This document shows positions 12,661-24,668 of a DNA stretch of 39,488 bases, in pieces. Made by a program: the position numbers and the translations under genes. The stretch covers positions 35,622,066 to 35,661,553 of the forward strand of contig NC_057720.1 of NCBI RefSeq assembly GCF_004010195.1. The letters run 5' to 3'. Source of the stretch: Chiloscyllium plagiosum. Its lineage: Eukaryota. Each line of letters opens with the position of its first letter. Position 1 is the stretch's first letter. The notes under the pieces were generated by a model, which was given only the letters and a program-made list of their open reading frames with translations, made no database searches and was not told the DNA's origin.

Positions 12661-13269
12661 CATTAGTACTTGGAGAATTGTTACTATGAATTTGACTGTA
12701 GTGACAGACAGCATAAGAACAGAACAGAATAATGAAATTGACAACAGTGTAAGGAACATTTCAAGAAGCTGACCTTAGCTAGTTTATTTGTTCCAGTGTT
12801 TAACAGCCAAACACGAGGTTATATGGTCCTTGGAGAAATCTGGTAAGTTGAATTAATTTATAAATGAATTAATTTTCCCACATATATGTTTTTAGCTATA
12901 CTAGTGGTGTAAATAATTTTACTTAAAATTACTCAACTTTGCTAGTACTGAAGAACTTCTGTTGCTGGTGCTGACATAACTACTTAATGTGGTGAATCTC
13001 TCCCCAGATTGGAATCAAGTCGACAGCTAGTAATCATGCCAGGGGCCCAGTCCATTTTAAGGAGCAAGCCCCTTATGTAATAGGTTGGCAGGATGTGGCT
13101 AGAAACAGAATTCCCATGCCGCCTTCCTGCTCCAGGTCACCACGGTATCAGTTGGCCCAGCTTGCCTTTAGCCCAGGGAATGGTACAGTTTTTGAATGCC
13201 CAGTCAGATCTTGACTTTGTGTGAATTTGTAAAATGGATAATAGCAATTTGACAATCTGTCTTACATCC

Positions 13270-13490
13270 CTGAAAAATGTGTTGCTGGAAAAGCGCAGCA
13301 GGTCAGGCAGCATCCAAGGGGCAGGAGAATCGACATTTTGGGCATAAGCCCTTCTTCAGGAATTCCTGAAGAAGGGCTTATGCCCGAAACATCGATTCGC
13401 CTGCTCCTTGGATGCTGCCTGACCTGCTGCGCTTTTCCAGCAACGCATTTTTCAGCTCTGATCTCCAGCATCTCCAGTCTTCACTTTCTC
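13270..13490. mobile_element. Palindromic hammerhead-bearing pLTR insert (family A)
   Basis: Symmetry centre gaattc at 13360-13365 with two back-to-back cores, both carrying CpG-type mutations; TSD ctgtcttacatc at 13257-13268 and 13491-13502. Confidence 0.9.
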
Positions 13491-14736
13491 CTGTCTTACA
13501 TCTCTCCCAATTGAAGAATCATCAAATTACAATAACAATTTCTGCGAGTGGTTTTAGCTCTTTGTGTGCTGGCAAAATGAAGCAACATCACCAAGCAAAG
13601 TATGGAAAAAATATTTTTTTGTCACTTCCTACATCATTCACTCAAAAGACAATGACCTGTGCTGTTATACCTATGACAAGCAATATTCCACAGAAATTAG
13701 TGGGACAACGTCTTCAGCAGTTTCTCTTGATTTCTATTTTATGCTTTTGGTTACTGTATAACTGAATAATTGTGTGATTGTGGTAAACACAAAATGCTGC
13801 AAATGCTGAAAAACTAAAATGAAAGCACGAAGTGCTAGAGAAACACAGCAAGACTGGAAGCATCCATGGACAGATAAACAGAATTCACATTTCAAGTCCA
13901 GTATGACTCATTTTTAGAACTGAAAGCTTGAAAATGATGGCTTTAACATTGCTGACAAAGGGGTAAGAGGAACAAGTGGGAACAGGTTGACTAAAAGGGT
14001 GTGTTAATGGTGGTAAAGAAGAGATAGAGATGTAAAATATGTACAAATGAAGTAGACATCCATGCTCGGTGCCTTGTGCTGCCACATGGACACTCTCAAG
14101 CGTCACTCCATCAGCACTGCCCCACATTATCTCAAAGTTGTCCTGGTTCCCAGTTCCATTTCATTCTTTGCCTCATTCGGAGCTTTAACAAGAAACATTT
14201 TCTCTTCCTTTTGAGGTGTTAAAAAATGAAAGCTCCCAAAACTCTCAGGTACTGATGCTCCTCTGGGTTCTTCTACCCGTTCTCATCCCTCCAATTCCAT
14301 CCATTCTTCTAATCCCATCCCTTTCTGGGAATTCAGTATATCCTCTGACCTTCACCTCTCTGATGCTGAATGATCTGTGCTTAGAAAATGATTTAGATTT
14401 ATCTTTTTACATCCCCACAATGAATTCTATGACATGACGTTGAACTCTTCTTCTGTCTCCTTCACTGCCATGCCTTTGGACAGGAATTCTGACCCTGTTT
14501 CCTTGTCCCTTTCATCCACGTTTATTACTCTCCCTTTGCCTGCACCTCTCCCTCTGGCCTTTTGCCTGAACTTGATCTCGTTGTGGAGAACTGCCGGCAT
14601 GATAGCAGCCATCTTAATTTCTCTGCTCCACTCATCACTTTAACCTGCGTCCCTCTGACCTTGATCCAATTCATTCTCTTGGCTACAACCCTGACTTTGT
14701 TATCACATCTGCAGCTAAGGGTGCTATTGTTAGCTG

Positions 14737-14884
14737 AAAATGTGTTGCTGGAAAAGCACAGCAAGTCTGGCAGCATCAAAGGAGCAGGATTCTCCTGCTC
14801 CTTTGATGCTGCCTGACCTGCTGCGCTTTTCCAGCAACACATTTTCAGCTCTGATCTCCAGCATCTGCAGTTCTCATTTTCTCC
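14737..14884. mobile_element. Palindromic pLTR insert (family A) lacking the hammerhead core
   Basis: TSD tgctattgttagctg at 14722-14736 and 14885-14899; arms meet at gcaggattctcctgc. Confidence 0.9.
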
Positions 14885-15984
14885 TGCTATTGTTAGCTGG
14901 TGTGTTGACCTCTACCTCCTAGTGACTGAACATCAAAATTCAGACACTTCCTCTATGTCCTCCTGGATCATCACCTCACCACTTGACATCAGAACTGTCA
15001 CTGACCTCGTCTCCTCTGGAGAACTCCCATTCACAGTATCCCACTTCATATTCACCCAACAACCTCCAGCCCACTTTGACTACCTTCTCAAAGTCTACAA
15101 ACAGGACTGTCCTGGTAGGCACATTGTTTTAGCCCAACTGGACGTGTTTCTTCCTATCTTGGTTCTATTTTATTCCTCCTTATTCAATCTCTTCTCACAT
15201 ACATTCATGGTTCTCTGACATTTTATGTCACTTAGACAATTTCCTAGTTACTGAGTCTAGCTGCCTCCACTTCACCACCATCACAATAGTCTGAAAGCTC
15301 TTACATTCTTCTACCCTCCTTCATCTGGCTGAGCTCATTCTCAATTTGAACACATTTTCTATAAACTCCTCTCTTTTTCTCAGGTCAATGGTGTGGTTGT
15401 GGGTACCCAACAGACCCCAGCAATTTCTCCTCTTTGTGGATTATATGCAACATTTTCTTGTTCCAGTCCTACCCAGGCCCCCACTAACATGTTTTTCTCC
15501 TAAACAGTGATTCTTCGGTGCTGATTCCTGCTTTTGTCTGGAATTGGAAAAATTAATCAACTTTGCTTCAAATTTCTGTACTTCTCTCTCCTTCACCTAG
15601 TCTATTTCTGACTTTTTCCTTCTCTTCCTTGACTTTTCCATTTCTGGGGTAGTCTGTACACCAATATCCATTACAAATTCACTGACTGCCATAGTTACTC
15701 TGACTACATTTCTCCACACCTCACTTCTCGCAAGGATTTAATTCCCTTTTCTTCATTTCCATTGCATCTATTCCGAAAATGTCACTTCCCACTGGATTGT
15801 CTCCAAAGTGTTCTACTTTCTCTTTCAGCAAGATTTCTACCTCACTTCTCCCCTCCTACACACCACGGATAGGGCCCACAACTGTATCTGAAGCTACCCT
15901 TACCCTTTCCCTTCCCTCCCAGAACAACAAAAAGGTTCCCCTTGTCCTCACATTCCACCCCACAATGGCACTATCCTATGCATT

Positions 15985-16225
15985 CAGGAGGTGTAACATT
16001 TGCCCGTTTGACACCTGCTTTCTCATTGTACAAAATTTCAAACACACCTTCCAGGTGAAACAGCATTTTACTTGTACTTCTTTCAATGCAGTCTACAGTT
16101 TTTGCTGCTCACAATACAATCTCCTTTATATTGGCAAGACCAAATACAGACTGGGTGACTGCTTTGCAGAACACCTCCATGCTGTCTGTAGGGATGACTC
16201 TAATTTTCTCAACTTGCCATTTCAA
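15985..16225 (+). pseudogene. GIY-YIG endonuclease remnant of the Penelope-like element
   Basis: C-terminal half of ORF 15779-16228: RCNICPF...FQVKQHFTCTSFNAVYSFCCSQYNLLYIGKTKYRLGDCFAEH matches the PLE CxxC...N.VY...C..C...YIG.T...L..R..EH pattern; the conserved Arg position reads Cys. Confidence 0.85.
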
Positions 16226-18364
16226 TAAACCCCTTGCTCTCAAGGTAATATTTCCATCTTTTTCCTTGGCCTTTTACAATGTTCAAATGAAGCACAAGGA
16301 AAACATCCAATTTTCCATCAAAGGCATTTATGTAGCCTCTAGGACTCAATATTGAGTTCCATAATTTCAGAGAATTACTCTGTTCTCAATTTTTCTTATA
16401 TTCCCCACTCTCCCCAGTTGTGTCTTTTTGACTTTGCTCTCAGCAAACTCGACCTGTTTTCTCCATTTTGCTTCTTATTTTACACCCATTTTACATATTT
16501 ATACCCTTTGACCACCATTAGCAGTCCCTTTGCCTTTTGCTCTAGGTATCCTTATGACCTGTTCCACTTGCTTTTCCTCCCTCCCTGTCAACAGCATAAA
16601 ATAAAATTTCCAGCTCCTTTTAGTTCCAAAGAAAGGTCATACTGGACTTGAAATATTAACTTTGCTTCTCTCCAAGCTATTACCAGACCTGCTAAATTTC
16701 TCCAGCAATTTCTGTTTTCGTGTCTGCATTTGGTTGTGTTTTTTGTTGAAAAACACATTTCACTTATTTGAAACAAAACAATAATTGTAATCTTTACAAT
16801 AAAACAATAGGGACAATGGATACTTGTGTATATAGGTGTGATTAAGGCACTGGACTTAACAGTAATCCATTCATACTGCTGTCTTGGTTTAAATCAATAC
16901 ATCTTTGTATTTGTTACATGCTCTGAATGAAATGCTCATTCAAATACAATTCAATAAAAATAGCTGAGGACTGTTCCAAATAATCAGCTTGAAGTGTGAA
17001 TTTCAGCAATAGCTCTGGGGTAATAGCACATGAGTCATAATAAGCAGTGGTCAAGTGATTGTCTTCAAATATATATGTTATGTTATTACCTGTGTGCAGC
17101 GGTCTTGATGTCACTGCATTTTACAAACAGGAGTTTTTGGTAACGAAAACTTTTTTTTTCATTCCTTTAAAATTTAAAAGCATGATTGACATGTACATTT
17201 GAGCAGGCCTTCAGTTTCCTTTTGCATCACATTAATAATTGCCAGTTTTTCACCCTGATAAGCTGATGTTTTGTAGAACTAGAAAGAGCTAGGGCGAATA
17301 TTTTTAACCAGTCCTTATCTTCTAACTTCATCTGAAACCTTGTAAATTGGTGGTTCTGAAAGGATATAAAATGCACAGTTGAGTACATTTTGGAGATATT
17401 TTACAACAGAGAATAAGATAGAGTATGTTGCAGATGTTATGGGCTACTGGAGGAGTAAGTTTAACAGTGCATCTGAGAGCCTTAACAATTTTACAGAGCC
17501 CTTTTTACTTACTTCACTTTTGAAAATTTCTTTTGCTTTTGTATAGATCTATTTGATCATATTACCTTCAATTTTTAATCCATTTAAAAAAAATCTCTTC
17601 AATGTTAATGGCCCATGAGGTTCACTTGCCATATTGCAGATTCCTTCATCTGGGCTGGGATTTTTCGTGACTGTCATGGATGCTACTACTTGATTGATTA
17701 AAAAGCAACCACTCACTCTGAGGGAGTTAAGTGTGTTATCTTTCTTATTTTTGATTCCACTTCAAAATGTCCAGCCAGAGTAAGTCACTAATGCTTCAAC
17801 AATTTGCTGATAAAATTCACTCCATAATCACAGGTAGCCTTGAATGTCAGGAAACACCTCAAGGTCAGACAGTGTTGTTAAGATTTAAGTGGTATATCTA
17901 CCTCAGGTGATCAGCTTCTGAAATCTGTTCCTTACTTCCTTTTCCAAATTCACCTGTAGACAAAGTCTGGAAATATAATATTATTTGGGAACTGGTGCAT
18001 GTGTGTTAACTTCAACGCAAACTACAAATTAGGATATGAGTTGTCAATATACTGCAAGTATGCTGTAGCTGTATTGCTGTATTGTCATTTTCAATATACT
18101 ATAGTCTTTAAAGGTGAATTAAAGGTTTCATAATGGGCATTGTTTTGCCTTTGACCTGGTGCTAGAAGTAAGTGACCAGATCCATTTCTGTTTTCTTGAT
18201 TTGGAAACTTTAAAACACCTCTAAAAGGTACTGGGATGAACACTTTAAGTGTCATTAACATTCAAGGCTAGTGAGGGAAAGTGAAACTAATGTAGGAGTA
18301 TATTTTTGATGGTACAGACTTGATTGACTGAGGGGCCTTGTTTGTACTGTATGGTTCAGTGAAA

Positions 18365-18579
18365 GAGCTGAAAATGTGTTGCTGGAAAAGCGCAGCAGGT
18401 CAGGCAGCATCCAGGGAACAGGAGAATCGACGTTTCGGGCATAAGCCCTTCTTCAGGAAGGGCTTATGCCCGAAACGTCGATTCTCCTGTTCCCTGGATG
18501 CTGCCTGACCTGCTGCGCTTTTCCAGCAACACATTTTCAGCTCTGATCTCCAGCATCTGCAGACCTCACTTTCTCCTCA
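18365..18579. mobile_element. Palindromic hammerhead-bearing pLTR insert (family A), young
   Basis: Near-perfect inverted arms; TSD atggttcagtgaaa at 18351-18364 and 18580-18593. Confidence 0.92.
18425..18459 (-). ncRNA. Minimal hammerhead ribozyme motif, intact core
   Basis: Reverse complement of 18429-18456 is ctgaaga-a-gggc-ttat-gccc-gaaa-cgtc. Confidence 0.65.
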
Positions 18580-20430
18580 ATGGTTCAGTGAAACTCTACT
18601 GGTTAATTTTCTGCACTAATATAAATGTGAACGTTTAACATAACTTAACTTAATGAAGAGAATTTTTCACACCAATTTTCTTTTAAACGTGGGGTTGTTC
18701 TAAGGGTTTAAAAAGAACACTGTTTCACCAACATGTTTAGAAATGTTACTTATCTTTCTAATTTTAGTTGTTTGTCAATTGGGATTATCTGGTATTTCTG
18801 TTTGTTGTGTTTCCAGATAGCACCTCTGATGGGTCTGTAAATGCAATTGAGTAATTGACTGGGGGTATCTTAGGTTTTGGTACCATCTGTGCTGTGAAAG
18901 CTCAGCTAGGAGAGTGCCGAAATTGCCATTTGGGAGGAGGAGATGAGCCAGCAACAACATTTTAAAAGTGTTTCTCATGTAAGAACACCTCAGGGTTAGT
19001 GTGATATTTACAAAGTTAGAAGGAAATGAATTTAGTGTGGAAGACCAAATGCACAATTGAAGGGTTTTTTTTTAGCAGATTTATAAAACCAGTCTGAAAG
19101 CAAAATGGAGTGCTTTTGGGAGAGAATCCCAGAAAGCTGGATATAATGACAGAAAGATCAGTCTTCACTTACAGAGTCGAAGAATTGAGAACAAACAGTA
19201 ATCTGGAGTTAGAGGAACAGAGGTTTCAGGCTATAACATATAGTTGAAGATGATTGCTTAGATAGGCTACAGAGGGATTTGAAGGATGAGGATCTTGAAA
19301 TTGATTTTCTGGACCACACAGAGTCTGTGAAGCTTTACAAAGATGGAATGCTAGATTTGCAACACTTTGTGCAGGAGAGCACAGAAAATCAGGGTTCTAA
19401 GTTAGCCAAAGTTTTTGAAAAAAACAGGTGGAAGATTCAGAAATTATTCTTTGGGATGAAGAGTAATTCAGTATGCAAGGGAAGATAAAGATTTGTGTTG
19501 GCAATATTCCAGTATGCAATATTGGTGACAGGCAGCATATCAGATAAGGATATCAGCTTCTTATCAGACACAATACTGCACCACAGGATTCAAACCAAAT
19601 GGTCAACTCTAGAGGTTGGTGGAGTCAGAGATCTCGGAATATAATTATTGATACGAACCACAAAGGCGGCTTTTCTTTTGCTAAGATTGAGCTAAAGGAA
19701 ATTACAACTTCTCCAAAACTTGCTGGCTGGCAGATAGTTAGTTAAAATGGTGAGCTAGTGTTGGTTGGCCTCAAAGTACACAGTGGAAGTTGACCCTGTT
19801 GAAAAAAAGTTGAAAATCAACATGTAGGGCCCAGACTGATTCAAAGATGAAGTTTAGGAATGAATAAGAGGTGAAGGAACTGAGGCAATGTATTCGCTAA
19901 ATTTGGTAGCGATGTGGAGAATAATGGAAGGGCCATGAGTCCTGTTGGAAATGTGGGAATAGAATTGGATGACGACAGCATCAAGTTATGACACAGTTCC
20001 CCCACGCAGGACAATACTCATTCCTGAGTAGGATCTTGTACAAGGTACAACAGCAAAGCTGGAAACATCAAAATGTACCCGAGTATGGAACCAAAGGTGT
20101 AAATTTTCACATTATCTCACAATATCTGAAAACAGTAACAACCCAATTTTTATTTCCAATTAGGAACATAAATTCAATTTTTTTAATGATAGTCTGCCAG
20201 TCCACAATACCAGCTGCATGCCAGGTGATAAACTGAAAATCTATTGCAATGACTTTGAGAGGAGTGGATATATTTGTTGGAGGGAAAAGAAAAGAAATCA
20301 GCCCGACACAAAAAATTAAAGGTGACAAGTAAAACAAATTGATACAGATATAAAAAATAAAGAAATGTGTGGATATTCTACAAAGGTAGACAATTATACA
20401 AAGACAGACATATGTAACCCACATATACGT

Positions 20431-20763
20431 GTGGCACTGTGGCTCAGTGGTTAGCACTGCTGCCTCACAGCTCCAGGAACCTGGGTTTGATTGCAGCCTC
20501 GGGCAATTGTCTGTGTGGAGTTTGCACATTCTCCCTGTATCTGTGTGGGTATCCTCCGGGTGCTCTGATTTCTTTCCACAGTCCAAAGATGTGCAGATTA
20601 GGTGAGTTGGCCATGCTAAGTTGCCCATAATGTTCAGGGATGTGTTGGTTAGGTGCATTTTGTTATGGTAATAAGGTAAGGGAATGAGTCTGGGTGGGTT
20701 ACTCTTCGGAGGGTCGATGTGGACTTGTTGGGCCAAATGGCCTGTTTCCACACTGCATGGATA
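20431..20763 (+). mobile_element. HE1-type SINE
   Basis: gtggcactgtggctcagtggttagcactgctgcctcacagc head through gggtcgatgtggacttgttgggccaaatggcctgtttccacactg tail. Confidence 0.92.
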
Positions 20764-21138
20764 GTATATGTACTATCACAGGTAAATATGGGATCTGAGC
20801 TGTATGCATTGAATAGGACTGACATATTAATTAACAGAGTAATGAGGGAGCCCTGTGTAGCACATATTTTACACAAATATATTTGAGTATATAACACAAT
20901 AGTGATGAAGGTACCTGTGGCAAGAGTTGCTGCTGTGGAACATAGGTTCATAGTATCTGCTACTAAATTGGCATCCTCTGTCTCTCTTCATGCTTTTGGG
21001 ACAAACTGTCCTGGTTATGTCATATTGATAATGTTTTCCAGCGTTTGCAGAGCAATTGTCCACTAAGTATTCAGAACAGGCAGATCATGGCTTCAATGAG
21101 CATATAATGTTGATTTGACATCAGCTGGACCATTTTAG

Positions 21139-21326
21139 ATTAGTGGTGCTGGAAGAGCACAGCAGTTCAGGCAGCATCCGAGGAGCAGTAAAATCGATGT
21201 TTCGGGCAAAAGCCCTTCATCAGGACGTCGATTTTACTGCTCCTCGGATGCTGCCTGAACTGCTGTGCTCTTCGAGCACCACTAATCCAAAATTTGGTTT
21301 CCAGCATCTGCAGTCATTGTTTTTAC
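21139..21326. mobile_element. Palindromic pLTR insert (family A variant, as at 1-276)
   Basis: TSD ctggaccattttag at 21125-21138 and 21327-21340; minus-strand core ctgatgaagggcttttgcccgaaacatc; the + arm starts at acgtcg. Confidence 0.9.
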
Positions 21327-22340
21327 CTGGACCATTTTAGGCAACAGTATTTAATTTACACCCCTCTGTCCTCCAACAGCTAAATATGTGTTTAACACGA
21401 GAATGGACTGATAACCTGCAGTATATAATGGATCATCAACCACTTACAAGTTAGTTGCTGACTGATTATTTTCAGGCTGTTGCTTCTCTTTTACAAGTGT
21501 TTTCAGTTCTTTAACGTAGCACATTCCACAATAATTCTGTAATGTTTGCAGTAGGACTTTTTGCCGATTTTGCTCCCTGGCAAAAGTGCATAAAGAGTCC
21601 ATTCTCTTTGGAATACAGCATGACTTGTACAAAGTGATGCACAGCAGTGAGGCTGTTAGAAGAGGGGAGGATTAAGATAGAGTGATGGGCTCCAGATAGG
21701 AGGCCATATCTGCTCAGGTTGTTCAGAGAACAATTTTTCAACCTGAGCATGAATGAATCATACTGTGGATGTGTCTGTGCTTCAGTATTCAAGTCCTTAT
21801 TGAAGCATATGATTTCACTAGGAGTTCAGGCTACCTGATGCTGCAGAGCACATTGATTGCACGCACACCATTTTGCAGTAAATCAGGCAGGTCAATGTCC
21901 TTTATCCTGACAACTATCATGATGCCTCTGTGGCAATCTGCTATGCCATCTGCATTTGAACCACCACTGCAAATCAGAGGCTAACATGTGGTATCCACAA
22001 ACACAGCTGATGACTCCGTTGCACAACATAGGCACAAATACGGACAAAGAAATCCATGCTATCACATAAAATGCGAAAGAGCAACTTTTGGTATATGGAA
22101 ATGAGTGAACGCGTGACCTAGAGTGCAATGCAAAGGACCAGGTGACCAGGTCTGGAGAAGAGGAAGGAGATAGAAGAGGTAGAGATGGAATTACTCGAAA
22201 TGCATTGATCCAATAGTTGACTACAAAACTACAGAAAGTTAAGGAATGAATCTGGTTGGGAAGTAATAAGGAATGGTCAAGACTTAGGCTGAGGTTTAAA
22301 TATAACTATTCACATGTGGCATACAATTATAATATGTCAA

Positions 22341-22422
22341 GTTACTCTTCAGTGGGTCGGTGTGGGCTTGTTGGGCCGAAGGGCCTATTTCCACATTGTA
22401 GGGAATCTAATCTATTCTAATC
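22341..22422 (+). mobile_element. 5'-truncated HE1 SINE (tail only)
   Basis: gggtcggtgtgggcttgttgggccgaagggcctatttccacattgtagggaatctaatcta; tcaagtta repeated at 22337 and 22421 as a probable TSD. Confidence 0.85.
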
Positions 22423-22429
22423 AAGTTAA

Positions 22430-23030
22430 TTCTCTTAATAACAGATTCCAGCAGTCTTCCAATGATTGTCGGACAACTGGCCCTTTTATTGCTCTCCCTT
22501 CTTTCTTACAGTTTCTAACTTCTAAACTGCTATAACTGTTCCAGAATCTAGGGAATTTTGAAAATTATAGTATGTATATCCATTGTATCGAGTTACCTCT
22601 TTTGGAACTCTGGGATTTAAGCCGTGAGAAATTTGTCAGATTTTAGTCATTTGAGTTTAGCCAGTATTTTTGTTTTCTGTCTTACATTAATTTTCTCATT
22701 CTTTTTAGCCCTTAGGTTATTCCTGTTTTGTAAACTGGCTCTGACTTCACAGTAGAAGTCACAAAGTATTTGTTCAAAATCTCTGCTATTTCCTGATTTT
22801 CCACAATGATTTATCCTGTCTTTGCTTCTCCCAAGTCAATATTTACTTTGGTACCCTTTGCCTTTTTATATAATTGTTAACGTTTCTACAATCATCTTTC
22901 CTAATTCCCATTAGCTTTAAGTCTTGTGTACTTCCACAACAGGAAGCTGTCATATAAGCATTCAACAAACTCATTATCAAAATCACCTTTATCAGTTTGA
23001 TTGGTCCAGTTTACATGTAGATTATGTTCC
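22430..23030 (-). mobile_element. Old decayed CR1 fragment
   Basis: ttccagaatctagggaattttgaaaattatag...ctctgggatttaagcc parallels 4670-4790 (IIFQ.SLDSG region on the minus strand). Confidence 0.5.
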
Positions 23031-23037
23031 TCCATAA

Positions 23038-23123
23038 CCACTTGAGGAAGGAGCAGCACCCCGAAAGCTAGTGCTTCCAATTAAACCTGTTGGACGATAA
23101 CCTGGAGTTGTGTGATTTTTAAC
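23038..23123 (+). mobile_element. Single-arm hammerhead-bearing insert (family B)
   Basis: ccac-ttgagga-a-ggagcagcacccc-gaaa-gcta-gtg then cttccaattaaacctgttgga, as at 27764-27850; approximate TSD ttcct(c)cataa at 23027 and 23124. Confidence 0.8.
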
Positions 23124-23233
23124 TTCCTCATAATTGTTGCATTTCTATTGATACAAATTTCAGTAATTTCTTGATTAGGACTCTTGGTTAGATATCACTT
23201 GGGGAGCACATAAACTACCACCAGCAGCATTTT

Positions 23234-24002
23234 GAGTCATAGTCATAGAGTCATAGAGATGTACAGCATGGAAACAGACCCTTCGGTCCAACCTGTCCAT
23301 GCCGACCAGATATCCCAACATAATCTAGTCCCACCTGCTGCACCCGGCCCATAACCCTCCAAACCCTTCCTATTCATATACCCATCCAAATGCCTCTTAA
23401 ATGTTGCAACTGTGCCAGCCTCCACCACATCCTCTGGCAGCTCATTCCATACACGTACCACCCTCTGCGTGAAAAAGTTGCCCCTTAGGTCTCTTTTATA
23501 TCTTTCCCCTCTCAACCTAAACCTATGCCCTCTAGTTCTGGACTCCCCGACCCTAGGGAAAACACTTTGTCTATTTACCCTATCCATGCCCCTCATAATT
23601 TTGTAAACCTCTATAAGGTCACNNNNNNNNNNNNNNNNNNNNNNNNNNNNNNNNNNNNNNNNNNNNNNNNNNNNNNNNNNNNNNNNNNNNNNNNNNNNNN
23701 NNNNNNNNNNNNNNNNNNNNNNNNNNNNNNNNNNNNNNNNNNNNNNNNNNNNNNNNNNNNNNNNNNNNNNNNNNNNNNNNNNNNNNNNNNNNNNNNNNNN
23801 NNNNNNNNNNNNNNNNNNNNNNNNNNNNNNNNNNNNNNNNNNNNNNNNNNNNNNNNNNNNNNNNNNNNNNNNNNNNNNNNNNNNNNNNNNNNNNNNNNNN
23901 NNNGATCCTGTTGTAATCTGAGGTAACCCTCTTCGCTGTCCACTACACCTCCAATTTTGGTGTCATCTGCAAACTTACTAACTGTACCTCTTATGCTCGC
24001 AT
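23234..24002 (-). mobile_element. Young CR1/HER1-type LINE 3' part spanning an assembly gap
   Basis: SKFADDTKIGGVVDSEEGYLRLQQD (RT FADD motif), RTRGHRFRLRGERYKRDLRGNFFTQRVVRVWNELPEDVVEAG, and (actctatg)n 3' microsatellite tail. Confidence 0.95.
23623..23903. other. Assembly gap (281 N)
   Basis: Run of N. Confidence 1.
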
Positions 24003-24591
24003 CATTGCTCTTCATGATTTCTACACCTCCACAATCTACCCCATCAAGTCCAAGATTCTTTCTCATGAATGATATCTCCTTATATTAGGGTTACCCCTTC
24101 CATACTGTATCATGTATTCATGTAACTTTCTGAAGTGCTTAATGCATTCACATGAGGTAACCTCGGTCTCTGATGCACTGCTACAATTAAACCCTAACCC
24201 TTCCTGACTCACTCAGCTTGTCTTTATCGACATAGATATGCCTTTCTAATGCCTCTGATTTTGTGTTTGGATTTCTAAATATCTCTTCGTCCAAACCCTT
24301 TGGTAGTTAGGAGTCATTTCCTTTGCTCTGACTATATTTGTTAGTGACTCTTTTGTATGCTTTGCCTGTTCCTGTCATATTCTGGTCACTGTTACTCATA
24401 TTGCCAGTCTGTTATTTCCTTGTTCTTTCTCCTTAACTTTCCAATCCTCATTATCCCTTTAGTTTAAAACCCACTCTACAAGCTGAGTTATAAGACTTTC
24501 TAAAACACAGTTAAGGTTAAGCATGGTTAAGGTGAAGACCATCCTAATGTGCAAGTGACAATACCTCATGAATCAACTCTCTAATTTTATT

Positions 24592-24668
24592 TAAACAAGC
24601 AGGGAGCTTGAAGAATACAGCAAGCCAGGCAGCATCAGGAGCTGGAGAAGTCAACATTTCGGGTGTAA
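24592..24668 (-). mobile_element. pLTR-type fragment with partial hammerhead
   Basis: Reverse complement: ttacacccgaaatgttgacttctccagctcctgatgctgcctggcttgctgtattcttc; same GAAA-then-gatgctgcc layout as families A and C. Confidence 0.55.

Larger units (their letters stand above)
13785..16735 (+). mobile_element. Decayed Penelope-like retroelement with inverted pLTRs (family D)
   Basis: RT remnants YLLKVYKQDCPGRHIV (~15080), QVNGVVVGT (15381-15407), TDCHSYSDYISPH (~15681); GIY-YIG remnant near 16085; 13785-14050 is an inverted copy of about 16475-16735. Confidence 0.85.

Noticed and set aside
18365..18579. Interpretation as a pre-miRNA, terminator or DNA-transposon MITE
   Set aside because: Arms are asymmetric, TSDs are long and variable, and the same sequence occurs as a single arm at Penelope-type ends (39169-39488).
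20107..20751. Longest ORF in the track (214 aa)
   Set aside because: Antisense reading of an HE1 SINE running into AT-rich low-complexity sequence.
23525..24066. ORFs of 133 and 151 aa
   Set aside because: Artefacts of reading through the N gap; only the CR1 RT portion is real.
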